Translations under genes and position numbers: made by a program
The notes under the pieces: generated by a model
The model's input: the letters and a program-made list of their open reading frames with translations, nothing else
Told to the model about the DNA's origin: nothing
The model's database searches: none
Part shown: positions 29,071 to 37,920 of the stretch, piece by piece
Layout of the letters: every line of letters begins with the position of its first letter
Position numbering within the stretch: position 1 is the first letter of the stretch
Assembly: GCA_025363435.1 (NCBI GenBank)
Contig: JANYDY010000090.1
Location: 24,030 to 88,029, forward strand
Reading direction: 5' to 3'
Length of the DNA: 64,000 bases
Source: Betaproteobacteria bacterium
GTDB lineage: Bacteria > Pseudomonadota > Gammaproteobacteria > Burkholderiales > SG8-41

Positions 29071-29103
29071 AAAAAAGCCGGTTGCGATCACGCGCAACCG
29101 GCT
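29071..29103 (-). terminator. Rho-independent terminator downstream of fliA
   Basis: 11-bp stem AGCCGGTTGCG / CGCAACCGGCT, followed on the minus strand by T6. A second hairpin CCTCGCCCCGC-tatc-GCGGGGCGAGG lies at 29116-29141. Confidence 0.65.
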
Positions 29104-29161
29104 TTGCAAAACTCCCCTCGCCCCGCTATCGCGGGGCGAGGGAGTATCTTCAAGACAACGT

Positions 29162-29890
29162 CTAGGCAAATTCCACAGCCGCCCTCTTCAACTTTGCCCG
29201 CAACCGCGCAATCGCCTGACTGTGCAACTGGCACACCCGCGATTCACTGACACCCAGCACCTCGCCGATCTCACGTAAATTCATTTCCTGTTCGTAATAC
29301 AAACCCATCACCTTCTGTTCGCGATCGGGCAGATCCTCGATCGCTTCGACCAGCGTGTGGCGTTCGTCTTCGTCGAGCAGCGACTGCAGCGGATTCGGCC
29401 GCTCATCGGGGTAATAATGATCGAGGAAGCTTTCCTCGCCGTGGCTTTGCAGGTCTTCGGCCGACACCAGCTGGTAACCGCGCGCATCCTGCAGCAGTTG
29501 CTGGTAATCGCTGATCGACAAACCAAGTGCATCGGCGAGTTCCTGTTCGGTCGGCGGGCGCTTGTTCTGCTGTTCGAGCTTGCTGATCATGGCCTCAACC
29601 TGGCGCAGACTCTTGCGCAGGCCGCGCGGCAGCCAGTCGGATTTGCGCAGACCGTCGAGCATGGCGCCGCGGATGCGTTGCACCGCGTAGGTTTCGAACT
29701 GCGCGCCGTGGCCGTCCTGAAAGCGACGCGCCGCATCGAGCAACCCGAGCATGCCGGACTGGACCACGTCATCGAGCTCAACACTCGGCGGCAACGACGC
29801 CATCATGTAGTGCGCAAGGCGTTTGACCAGCGGTGCAAACTTGATGATGCACTGTTCAACGGCAGCTTCACTTGTATTGACATAACTCAT
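29162..29890 (-). CDS. fliA: Flagellar sigma factor FliA (sigma-28)
   Basis: The ATG at 29890 gives MSYVNTSEAAVEQCIIKFAPLVKRLAHYM. Sigma-70 regions 2-4 are present (DDVVQSGMLGLLDAARRF; EIGEVLGVSESRVCQLHSQAIARLR). Confidence 0.95.
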   Translation of the reverse strand: MSYVNTSEAAVEQCIIKFAPLVKRLAHYMMASLPPSVELDDVVQSGMLGLLDAARRFQDGHGAQFETYAVQRIRGAMLDGLRKSDWLPRGLRKSLRQVEAMISKLEQQNKRPPTEQELADALGLSISDYQQLLQDARGYQLVSAEDLQSHGEESFLDHYYPDERPNPLQSLLDEDERHTLVEAIEDLPDREQKVMGLYYEQEMNLREIGEVLGVSESRVCQLHSQAIARLRAKLKRAAVEFA

Positions 29891-29891
29891 A

Positions 29892-30788
29892 TCAGGCTCC
29901 GGCAGGGGCAATGGCGTAATTGGAAAAAACGGACGCGCGCGGCAGCGCAACGACTGGCTTGCTGCGCGCCGGCGCCGGATGCGACCAGGCAGCGATCGCG
30001 GCGGCAATTTTGTGGAAGCCTGCGGCCGACACCGACGCCGGAAACTGTTCGATCACGGGCTGACGGCCTTCGGTGGCGCGCTGCAATTGCGCGTCGCGCG
30101 GCAGATAGCCGAGGCATTCGAGGCTGGCACGCAAATGCGCGCCGGCGACACGCCGCAGGTTTTCGAAAATGACTTTTGCGTTGCGCTCGCTCGATACGCG
30201 ATTGAGCAGCACGTGCAAACGCTGCTGCGGCTGTTGCGCGTGCACGCGTTTGATCAATGCGTAGGTGGCGGTGATCGCGTCTGCACCGGCTGCCGAGACC
30301 ACAATCGATTCGGCGGCAAAGCCGCGCAGCCACGCGCTGGCATTCGTCTCGGCGCAGGCGTCGATCAAGAGGTAGTCGAAACGCGGCGCCAGTTGCGCAA
30401 CCGTCGCGTCGAAACGTTCGCGCTCGCGCGCGCTGTGGCCGTCGCGCAGTGCCGACACCGCCGGCAATACCATTACGCCGGCCGGGCCGTGCAGCAATGC
30501 ATCATCAATTTCGCATTTACCGCCGAGCGCATCGCGCAGATCAAAACGCGGACGCAGCCCGAGCAGCGCGCTGACATTAGCGCTGCCACTGTTGGCATCG
30601 AGCAGCAGGACCTGCAGCCCGCGCGTGGCGAGCGCCGCCGCGACATTGACGGCGATACTGGTCTTGCCGGCGCCGCTGGCGCCGGATTCGAGCGCGATAA
30701 CGCGCGCGACATTGCGCCCGAGCAGACGGCGCAGGCCTTCGGCCTGATCGCTGCGCGCGGCGGCGGATTCGAAAGCACTATCAGCCAT
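29892..30788 (-). CDS. flhG: FlhG/FleN (MinD-type flagellar number regulator) with degenerate Walker A
   Basis: 298 aa, collinear with FleN/FlhG. N-terminal DQAEGLR FlhF-activator motif. The P-loop reads SGASGAGKT instead of SGKGGVGKT. Confidence 0.85.
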   Translation of the reverse strand: MADSAFESAAARSDQAEGLRRLLGRNVARVIALESGASGAGKTSIAVNVAAALATRGLQVLLLDANSGSANVSALLGLRPRFDLRDALGGKCEIDDALLHGPAGVMVLPAVSALRDGHSARERERFDATVAQLAPRFDYLLIDACAETNASAWLRGFAAESIVVSAAGADAITATYALIKRVHAQQPQQRLHVLLNRVSSERNAKVIFENLRRVAGAHLRASLECLGYLPRDAQLQRATEGRQPVIEQFPASVSAAGFHKIAAAIAAWSHPAPARSKPVVALPRASVFSNYAIAPAGA

Positions 30789-31908
30789 GCGCGAGCCCCG
30801 CCGTCAGTGCAAACGGAAATTCGTCGGGGCGCAGCGTATGCACCGTGGCATCAGCGGTGAAGCGCAGCGCGCGGTGCGTCAAATAGGTGGCGTTCGGCAC
30901 GTGCACGTCTTCCGGCACGCGCTGGCCATTGGTTACATAGTGCACGCGCAGCTTGTGGCGGATTGCGCTGTCGAGTGCGGCGGCGACGCTGGCCGATTCG
31001 TCGATCTTGGTGAAAATGCAGCCGTGGATGCCACCGCTCGAATAGGCGCTGATCACTTCGTCGAGGGTAGCGGCATTGGTAGTTGCATTGAGCAGCAGCA
31101 GGCGGCGGATCTGGCCGTTGCCGGTGGCGAGCATCGCCGCCTGTTCGGCGACCATTTTGTCGCGCTGGCTCATGCCGACGGTATCGATCAGCACCGCGCG
31201 CTTGTCGCGCAATTGCGCCAGCGTAGCCTTCAAGTCGTCGCCGTCTTTGACCGCGTGCACCGGCACGTTGAGGATGCGGCCGTAGACGCGCAATTGATCG
31301 TGCGCGGCAATTCTGTAGCTGTCGGTGGTCAGCAGGGCAAGGCTGTTGGCGCCGTGGCGCACCACGCAACGCGCGGCGAGTTTAGCCACCGTGGTGGTTT
31401 TGCCCACACCGGTCGGCCCGATCAGCGCAAATACGCCGCCCTGCTCGACCAGCGCTTCATGCGTGGTCACCGGCAAACGGCGCTGGATTTCGGTGCTAAT
31501 GGCTTTTCGCGCCGCGGCGGCAGTAGCGTCTTCCTGCACGGTGGCGATCAATTCGCGCGCCAGCGACGGCGAAAAACCGCAGTCGAGCAGCATCTGCATC
31601 ATCGAGGCGCGCGCAGGTGCACGCGCCTTCATGCCCGACCAGGCCATGCCGGCGAGCTCGCGCTGCATCAGCGATTTCATCGACGCCAGCTCGCGCATCA
31701 TCTGTTGCACCATGCCATCGGCGGGCGCAGCAGCTTGCGCGGCGGGCCGCGCGGCAGCACCCGGCAGATCGCCGGCCGACAGCGCGGTGATTTCGATGCC
31801 GCCTTCGACAGACGTATTGGAAATAATCATGGCGTCGTCGCCGAGCGCGGCGCGTACTTTGCGCAGCACTTCGCGCGACGTCGTTCCGGAAAATGTTCTT
31901 GGCGTCAT
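30781..31908 (-). CDS. flhF: Flagellar SRP-type GTPase FlhF
   Basis: 375 aa. G1 GPTGVGKTTT, G3 DTVGMSQRD, G4 TKIDE. Confidence 0.9.
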   Translation of the reverse strand: MTPRTFSGTTSREVLRKVRAALGDDAMIISNTSVEGGIEITALSAGDLPGAAARPAAQAAAPADGMVQQMMRELASMKSLMQRELAGMAWSGMKARAPARASMMQMLLDCGFSPSLARELIATVQEDATAAAARKAISTEIQRRLPVTTHEALVEQGGVFALIGPTGVGKTTTVAKLAARCVVRHGANSLALLTTDSYRIAAHDQLRVYGRILNVPVHAVKDGDDLKATLAQLRDKRAVLIDTVGMSQRDKMVAEQAAMLATGNGQIRRLLLLNATTNAATLDEVISAYSSGGIHGCIFTKIDESASVAAALDSAIRHKLRVHYVTNGQRVPEDVHVPNATYLTHRALRFTADATVHTLRPDEFPFALTAGLAHG

Positions 31909-33992
31909 GCTTTACTCCCGACCAGCGAGGTGACTTTGATAGCGCGAGAATCCGGCACCTCGGCGTGTGCCAGCACTTTGAGTTGGGTGATCGCGCGACG
32001 CAGAAAACGCGACAGCAAAATACGCAGCGGCGCCGGCACCAGCAGCACCGGCGGCAAGCCCAGTTGTTCCTGCTGACGCGCCGCCGCCTGCGCGCTGCGC
32101 ATCAGACTCTCGGCGAGATCGGGTTCAATCACCGAACCTTCGCCACCGCCCTGCACGGTCTGCATCAAGAGGCGTTCGAGCGCGGGGTCGAGCGCCAGCA
32201 CCTGCAATTCGGATTTACCGGGTGCGAGTTGCTGCACGATGGCGCGGCCGAGCGCCACACGCGTCAGCGCCGTCAATTCGTTGGCATCCTGGGTGCGCGG
32301 CGCGTTGACAGCCAGCACTTCAATAATGGTGCGCATATCGCGGATGTGCACGCCTTCTTCGAGCAGGTTCTGCAGCACGCGCTGCAGCGTGCTTATCGGC
32401 AGGAGTTTGGGCACCACATCCTCGAAAAACTTCGGCGTGTCGCGCGATAGATGATCGATCAACTGCTGCAGTTCCTGGCGACCGAGCAGATCAGCGGCGT
32501 GCGTTTGTATCAACTGGCTGATGTGGGTGGCGACCACGGTGCTGGCATCGACCACCGTGTAGCCGAACTGTTGCGCCATTTCGCGTTGTGCGGCATCTAT
32601 CCACACCGCCGGCAGGCCGAAGGCGGGATCCTGTGTTTGGGTGCCGGTCAGCGGCCCGCTGACGCGGCCCGGATTGATGGCGAGGAACATGCCCGGATGC
32701 GCTTCGTGCTGGCCGATCTCGACGCCCTTTAACGTGATGCGGTAACCGGACGGCCGCAGCTCGAGGTTGTCGCGGATATGAATTGCCGGAGGCAGAAAGC
32801 CGACATCGTGCGCGAACTTGCGGCGGATCGCTTTAATACGGCGCAACAGTTCGGCGTCCTGCGCCTTGTCAACCAGCGGAATCAGGCGGTAACCGACTTC
32901 GAGACCGAGCGTATCGACCGGGGTAACGTCGCTCCAGCCGACTTCATGCGTTTCGGTGGCGGGCGCTGCGGTAGCCGGCGTTTCGGTTTTGCTGTTTTCG
33001 TCCAGCGTCTGGCGCTGGTAAATAAACCAGGCGGTCGCGCCGAAGCCGGCGGCAAGCAGCAGAAACGCCACATGCGGCATGCCCGGCACCATGCCCATCA
33101 CGCCGATGATGGTGCCGGTCAGCGCCAGCGCCGAGGGTTTGGCCAGTACTTGCGTGAAGAGCTGCTGGCCGGTGTTCTCTTCGTTGCTGACACGGCTGAC
33201 CACAAGGCCGGCTGCGGTTGAAATGATCAGCGCGGGAATCTGCGCGACGAGACCGTCACCGATGGTCAGCAGCGTATAGGTCTTGGCGGCTGCGGCGATG
33301 TCCATGTTGTGCTGGAGCACGCCGATGATGAGGCCGCCGATGATGTTGATGAACAGAATGATGATGCCGGCCACCGCGTCGCCGCGCACGAATTTGCTCG
33401 CACCGTCCATCGAACCGAAAAAATCCGCTTCCTGCGCAATTTCGGCGCGGCGCTTGCGCGCGACGTCTTCGGCGATCAAACCGGCATTGAGATCGGCGTC
33501 AATCGCCATCTGCTTGCCGGGCATCGCGTCCAATGTGAAGCGCGCGCCGACTTCGGCGATGCGCCCGGCGCCTTTGGTGATAACAACAAAGTTGATCACC
33601 ACCATGATGACGAAGACGACGAGACCGACCGCGTAGTTGTCGCCGACCAGAAAGTGGCCGAACGATTCGATCACCTTGCCGGCGGCGGCCGGGCCGGTGT
33701 GGCCTTCGAGCAATACCACGCGGGTCGATGCGACGTTGAGCGAAAGTCTGAGCAGCGTGGTCACCAGCAGCACGGTCGGAAACACCGCGAAGTCGAGCGG
33801 CTTCACCGTGTTCATGCCGACCAGCAGCACCATGATGGAGAACGCGATGTTAAATGTGAACAGCATGTCGAGCATGAACGGCGGCAGCGGCAGCACCATC
33901 ATCGCCAGCAGCATGACAATGAGCACCGGCCCCGCCAGCCCGCGCGCAATCGACGCCGAACTCGGCCTCGCCATGGCCATTGCGCCTATCAT
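31905..33992 (-). CDS. flhA: Flagellar export apparatus protein FlhA
   Basis: 695 aa. FHIPEP family (FGSMDGASKFVRGDAVAGIIILFINIIGG) with a large cytoplasmic C-terminal domain. Confidence 0.97.
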   Translation of the reverse strand: MIGAMAMARPSSASIARGLAGPVLIVMLLAMMVLPLPPFMLDMLFTFNIAFSIMVLLVGMNTVKPLDFAVFPTVLLVTTLLRLSLNVASTRVVLLEGHTGPAAAGKVIESFGHFLVGDNYAVGLVVFVIMVVINFVVITKGAGRIAEVGARFTLDAMPGKQMAIDADLNAGLIAEDVARKRRAEIAQEADFFGSMDGASKFVRGDAVAGIIILFINIIGGLIIGVLQHNMDIAAAAKTYTLLTIGDGLVAQIPALIISTAAGLVVSRVSNEENTGQQLFTQVLAKPSALALTGTIIGVMGMVPGMPHVAFLLLAAGFGATAWFIYQRQTLDENSKTETPATAAPATETHEVGWSDVTPVDTLGLEVGYRLIPLVDKAQDAELLRRIKAIRRKFAHDVGFLPPAIHIRDNLELRPSGYRITLKGVEIGQHEAHPGMFLAINPGRVSGPLTGTQTQDPAFGLPAVWIDAAQREMAQQFGYTVVDASTVVATHISQLIQTHAADLLGRQELQQLIDHLSRDTPKFFEDVVPKLLPISTLQRVLQNLLEEGVHIRDMRTIIEVLAVNAPRTQDANELTALTRVALGRAIVQQLAPGKSELQVLALDPALERLLMQTVQGGGEGSVIEPDLAESLMRSAQAAARQQEQLGLPPVLLVPAPLRILLSRFLRRAITQLKVLAHAEVPDSRAIKVTSLVGSKA

Positions 33993-35137
33993 GCTGCCGC
34001 CTCGTTCGGGTCAAGACCGGCCGGCACTGCAATCTCCGCCAGCGGCCGCGGCGCCAAACCGCCGTGTTCGCGATAGCTCTTGAGCTGAAACACGTAGGCG
34101 AGCACTTCGGCGACTGCGGTAAACAACTGGCCGGGAATTTCGTCGTTGATGTCGGCGTGGCGGAAAATCGCACGCGCCAGCGCCGGCGCTTCGAGCACCG
34201 GCACGTTGTGCTGCACGCCCAATTCGCGGATTTTTGCCGCAACCAGATCCGCACCCTTGGCGATGACGCGCGGCGCGCGCATGGTTTCGTCGTAGCGCAG
34301 CGCTACCGCATAGTGCGTCGGGTTAGTGACGATCACGCTCGCCTTCGGCACTTCGGCCATCATGCGGCGCCTGGCCATTTCGCGCTGCTGCGCGCGGATC
34401 GCCGCCTTGATCTGCGGGTCGCCTTCGCTTTCTTTCGATTCCTGGCGCAGTTCCTGGCGCGACATCTTCAGTTCGTCGCCATGCCGCCACAACTGAAACG
34501 GCACATCGGCCGCGGCCACCACTGCCAGCGCGCCGGCCAGCATCAGAAAACTCATGCCGAGAATCCGGCCCAGTTCGGAAATGCCGGTTTCCAGCGGCAG
34601 CCGCACCAGTTGCAGCAGCGCCTCGCGGTAATGCCAGACGATCATCGCGCCGGCGACTGCAATCAATACGGATTTTATAATGGCTTTGATGAGTTCACCG
34701 GCGCCGCGCCACGAAAACACGCGGCCGATGCCGGCGAGCGGATCGATGCGCTGAAAATCGAAACGCAGCGCGTCGGTAGTAAACAACCAGCCGCTCAGCA
34801 GTTGCGGTGCAATCAGCGCCACTGCCAGCAGCAGAATCAAAAGCGGTGCAATTGCCAGCAGCGCTTCGAGCGCCTGCGTATGCATGCGCATCATCATGTG
34901 CGCGGGATCAAAGGCGCCGGCGGCGTCGAAATGCATGGCTTCGCGCACCAGGCCCGACATGCGGCCGAACAATTGCCCGCCCAGCCACCAGAGACCGGCA
35001 CCGCTCGCCGCCATCATGGCGAATGTCGTCAGTTCCTGCGAGCGCGCAACATGGCCCTCTTCGCGCGCCTGCTCGAGGCGCCTCGGAGTCGCGTGTTCGG
35101 TCCGTTCCTGATCGTTGTCTTCAGCCATCGCATTCAA
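33989..35137 (-). CDS. flhB: Flagellar export switch protein FlhB
   Basis: 382 aa. Four TM segments and the NPTH autocleavage site (VIVTNPTHYAVAL). Confidence 0.96.
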   Translation of the reverse strand: MNAMAEDNDQERTEHATPRRLEQAREEGHVARSQELTTFAMMAASGAGLWWLGGQLFGRMSGLVREAMHFDAAGAFDPAHMMMRMHTQALEALLAIAPLLILLLAVALIAPQLLSGWLFTTDALRFDFQRIDPLAGIGRVFSWRGAGELIKAIIKSVLIAVAGAMIVWHYREALLQLVRLPLETGISELGRILGMSFLMLAGALAVVAAADVPFQLWRHGDELKMSRQELRQESKESEGDPQIKAAIRAQQREMARRRMMAEVPKASVIVTNPTHYAVALRYDETMRAPRVIAKGADLVAAKIRELGVQHNVPVLEAPALARAIFRHADINDEIPGQLFTAVAEVLAYVFQLKSYREHGGLAPRPLAEIAVPAGLDPNEAAA

Positions 35138-35197
35138 TCAAATGTGACGGCCAGTATCGCGGCTGGGAGACGCCGGCGATGCCGCAAACAGGTGGAT

Positions 35198-35226
35198 ATA
35201 ACCGCGGTTATTCGCGCAATTGCGCG
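35198..35226. promoter_or_regulatory. Two adjacent perfect 14-bp palindromes upstream of flhB
   Basis: ATAACCGCGGTTAT (35198-35211) and CGCGCAATTGCGCG (35213-35226), within the 98-nt gap between the HDOD gene stop and the flhB start. Confidence 0.3.
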
Positions 35227-35235
35227 CGGCGCGAC

Positions 35236-36183
35236 TTACGGGCGGGATGGTTCACTATCCGCGGGGGTTATCGAATTAACAGCGGAATCAACAGCGGGGT
35301 CGGCTGCGAACGGCAGCGTCCGCGCGGCGGCCGGCACGCCGTACCATTCCTCTTCAGGGATAGCCGCGACGGCAACATCGATGACACGGCTGCGTGCAGC
35401 GTCGGCGCTCATATTCAGAAGTTTGCCGATGCCTTCAAAATCGTCGGGCAATGCCGGGTCATCCCAGCCGTGCGCCGAATGGCGCGCCACCGCCGTCGCC
35501 AGCGCGACATTGGTGACGCGCGAATTGTGCGCATGTTCCTCGTCGAGCAGCGAAAGCAGAAGTTCGGGCAGTTGCCACGCCTTGACCATCGCCAGTTGCA
35601 GATCGATCAGACGAAAGCCGATGACTTCGCGCTGCACGCGCTCGCTGCGCAGCGCGCGGTCGAGGCGCTGCCGCGCGGCGATTTCACAGGCCAGTTGCGG
35701 CGCATAACACCACAGCAGCATCTCGGCCATGTCGTGCAGCAACGCGCCAACCATGACTTCTTCCGGATCAACGTCGTGGCGCAGCCGCGCCCAGTCGCGC
35801 GCATACAACGCTGCGTGGCGCGCGCGGCTCATCACCGCGCGCGCGCCACGCAGCGAGGCCGCATCGGCAGCAAGCCGCTCATCAATCGCCGGTTGCGCGC
35901 TGAAATATTTAAAAAACGGCGACATGCCCAGCATCATCAGGGCATGCGGAATGGTGGTGATTTCGGCGTTGCGCCGCAAATTGCGGTGCTGCTGCAGATA
36001 GAGCAGCACTTTGACCGTCATGAACGGGTCGCGCAACACTGCGGCGACGACACGCTGCGGCGTGGTGCCGGCTTCGTCTTCGTGCAGGCGCTGCAATTCG
36101 GTCACCGTGCGGCCGAGCACCGGCAGTTCGGCTTCGCGCAGCATGGCAACCCATTGCTCTATGGTTTGCAACCGCGGCGCCAT
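35236..36183 (-). CDS. HDOD domain-containing signalling protein
   Basis: The ATG at 36183 gives MAPRLQTIEQWVAMLREAELPVLGRTV. HD-related pattern VGALLHDMAEMLLW and PHALMMLG. The track ORF starts at 36267. Confidence 0.8.
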   Translation of the reverse strand: MAPRLQTIEQWVAMLREAELPVLGRTVTELQRLHEDEAGTTPQRVVAAVLRDPFMTVKVLLYLQQHRNLRRNAEITTIPHALMMLGMSPFFKYFSAQPAIDERLAADAASLRGARAVMSRARHAALYARDWARLRHDVDPEEVMVGALLHDMAEMLLWCYAPQLACEIAARQRLDRALRSERVQREVIGFRLIDLQLAMVKAWQLPELLLSLLDEEHAHNSRVTNVALATAVARHSAHGWDDPALPDDFEGIGKLLNMSADAARSRVIDVAVAAIPEEEWYGVPAAARTLPFAADPAVDSAVNSITPADSEPSRP

Positions 36184-36185
36184 CG

Positions 36186-36965
36186 TTACATGGTCCAGAC
36201 GTAGATCGTCGAGTGCATGCGATCGCCGACACGGATGATTTGCGCGGGCGCCACACCGGGCACGCAAAAATCATTGCTGATGAAAATGCTGCCCGGACAC
36301 ATTTCGGCGCGCGCCTTCTGCCACAGGCTCGCCATCGGCGCCGGCGACAAATAAGCGTAGACGACGTCATAAGAGGCCAGATCGGTCTGCCAGAAATCGC
36401 CCCACTTGATGTGCATACGGCGCCGTCCGTACGCGCGCAGGCAGCTCAACAGGTAAGGCAGCGGCGCCATCTCGACGCCGCTATAAAGGCCGTCGGGACG
36501 CACCTGCGCCACATCGGCGAGAAAAGAAGCAGTGCCGCAGCCGAGATCGAGCAGGCGGAAACCGCGCGCCTGCGGCAGCAGCATGGTCACCACTGCGGCG
36601 GCGCGGCGGCTCGACAGAAACAAGGGCACACGATTGCGCCAGGCGCCGACGTTGCATAAGAGCAGAACGCTCAGCGCACCCAGGTACAGCGCAGGTGCTA
36701 TCTGCAGCGTCAACAGCGCGTACGCCGCCGGAAAAAAGAACAGGTTGATCGGCAACCACCAGCGCGGCAGGCCGATCGCCATGCCGAGCAGCGCCGCGAC
36801 TGCACCCTCGAGCCAGGGCAGTACTGCCGCCGACGCAACGCCGGGCAACCACGCGGCGAATACGCCGAGAGTCACAATGCAAGCAGCATGCAACCACGCC
36901 GCGCGCACCGCCGGGGAAGCTGCCACAGCCGGATCGCCGGCACCCGCTTCAATTTGTGCCAGCAT
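36186..36965 (-). CDS. Membrane-anchored class I SAM-dependent methyltransferase
   Basis: The ATG at 36965 gives MLAQIEAG. About 110 aa with 3-4 hydrophobic segments, then motif I LLDLGCGTASF and the post-I/II pattern DVVYAYLSP. The start overlaps the motB 3' end by 17 nt; the stop is 2 nt before the HDOD start. Confidence 0.7.
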   Translation of the reverse strand: MLAQIEAGAGDPAVAASPAVRAAWLHAACIVTLGVFAAWLPGVASAAVLPWLEGAVAALLGMAIGLPRWWLPINLFFFPAAYALLTLQIAPALYLGALSVLLLCNVGAWRNRVPLFLSSRRAAAVVTMLLPQARGFRLLDLGCGTASFLADVAQVRPDGLYSGVEMAPLPYLLSCLRAYGRRRMHIKWGDFWQTDLASYDVVYAYLSPAPMASLWQKARAEMCPGSIFISNDFCVPGVAPAQIIRVGDRMHSTIYVWTM

Positions 36966-37881
36966 CTTTGCCCCCTGTGTTTGCCGCGGCGGAATTTTTT
37001 GCCGATGGCCCGCCGCTTTCGCGCTTGAGCGATTCTTCGGCATCGCGCGTCAATACGATCAGTGCGATGCGACGATTGATCGGGTTGAACGGATCGTTCG
37101 GGTCGAACAGTACCGCCGAAGCCATGCCGACAACACGCTTGATCTTGCCCTCGGCGATGCCGCCTTCAACCAGCACGCGGCGCGACGAGTTGGCGCGATC
37201 GGCCGACAGTTCCCAGTTGCTGTAACCGCGTTCGCCGGAGGAATAGGGTTTGGCATCGGTGTGCCCGGTCAGGCTGATGCTGTTTTTGACTTCGTTGAGC
37301 GGCGCCGAGAGTCCGAGCAGAATTTCGCGTGCGTACGGTTTTAACTTGGCGCTGCCGAGATCGAACAGCGGCCGGTTGAGTTCGTCGACGATTTGCACAC
37401 GCAGACCCTCGTTCGTAAAGTCGATCAGCAACTGGTCGCGGTACTTGCGCATCAGGGCGCTTGCATCGATTACCTGGTCGAGGCGGGCTTTCAGCGCATT
37501 CAAACGAACGCCTTCAAGGCGCTGCACCTCGGCCTTCGCGTCTTTCGGATTGATCTGCTGCTTGCGTTCGGGCAGCGTGCCGCGCTTCATCTGCATGCTG
37601 TCGCCGCGCGTGAGATCGCGGCCGCCGGCCGCCATCGGGCTGGTGCTGTCGCCGCTGCCGCTGCCGCCGGACAGCGCAACCTTCAACGGCGTGCGGAAAT
37701 AATCGGAGATACCCTGTAGATCGCCCTTGGTGGTCGAACCGAGCAGCCACATCAGCAAAAAGAACGCCATCATCGCAGTAACGAAGTCGGCGTACGCGAT
37801 TTTCCATGCGCCGCCGTGGTGGCCGGCGGCGGTTTTCTTGATGCGTTTGATGACGATGGGGCGCTGGGTGTCGTCAGCCAT
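36949..37881 (-). CDS. motB: Flagellar stator protein MotB
   Basis: 310 aa. TM with the conserved Asp (WKIAYADFVTAMMAFFLLMWLL); OmpA-like C-terminal domain (SLTGHTDAKPY...NWELSADRANSSRRVL...NRRIALIVL). Confidence 0.93.
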   Translation of the reverse strand: MADDTQRPIVIKRIKKTAAGHHGGAWKIAYADFVTAMMAFFLLMWLLGSTTKGDLQGISDYFRTPLKVALSGGSGSGDSTSPMAAGGRDLTRGDSMQMKRGTLPERKQQINPKDAKAEVQRLEGVRLNALKARLDQVIDASALMRKYRDQLLIDFTNEGLRVQIVDELNRPLFDLGSAKLKPYAREILLGLSAPLNEVKNSISLTGHTDAKPYSSGERGYSNWELSADRANSSRRVLVEGGIAEGKIKRVVGMASAVLFDPNDPFNPINRRIALIVLTRDAEESLKRESGGPSAKNSAAANTGGKDAGTN

Positions 37882-37920
37882 GCTGCACCTGCGCGCCGTC
37901 GACGCGGTGTTTGCGCTTCA

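Noticed and set aside
33980-36204. Two long plus-strand ORFs (33980-35707, 34807-36204)
   Set aside because: They are antisense to flhB and the HDOD gene. Composition is biased (R/A/H/Q) and no domains are recognisable.
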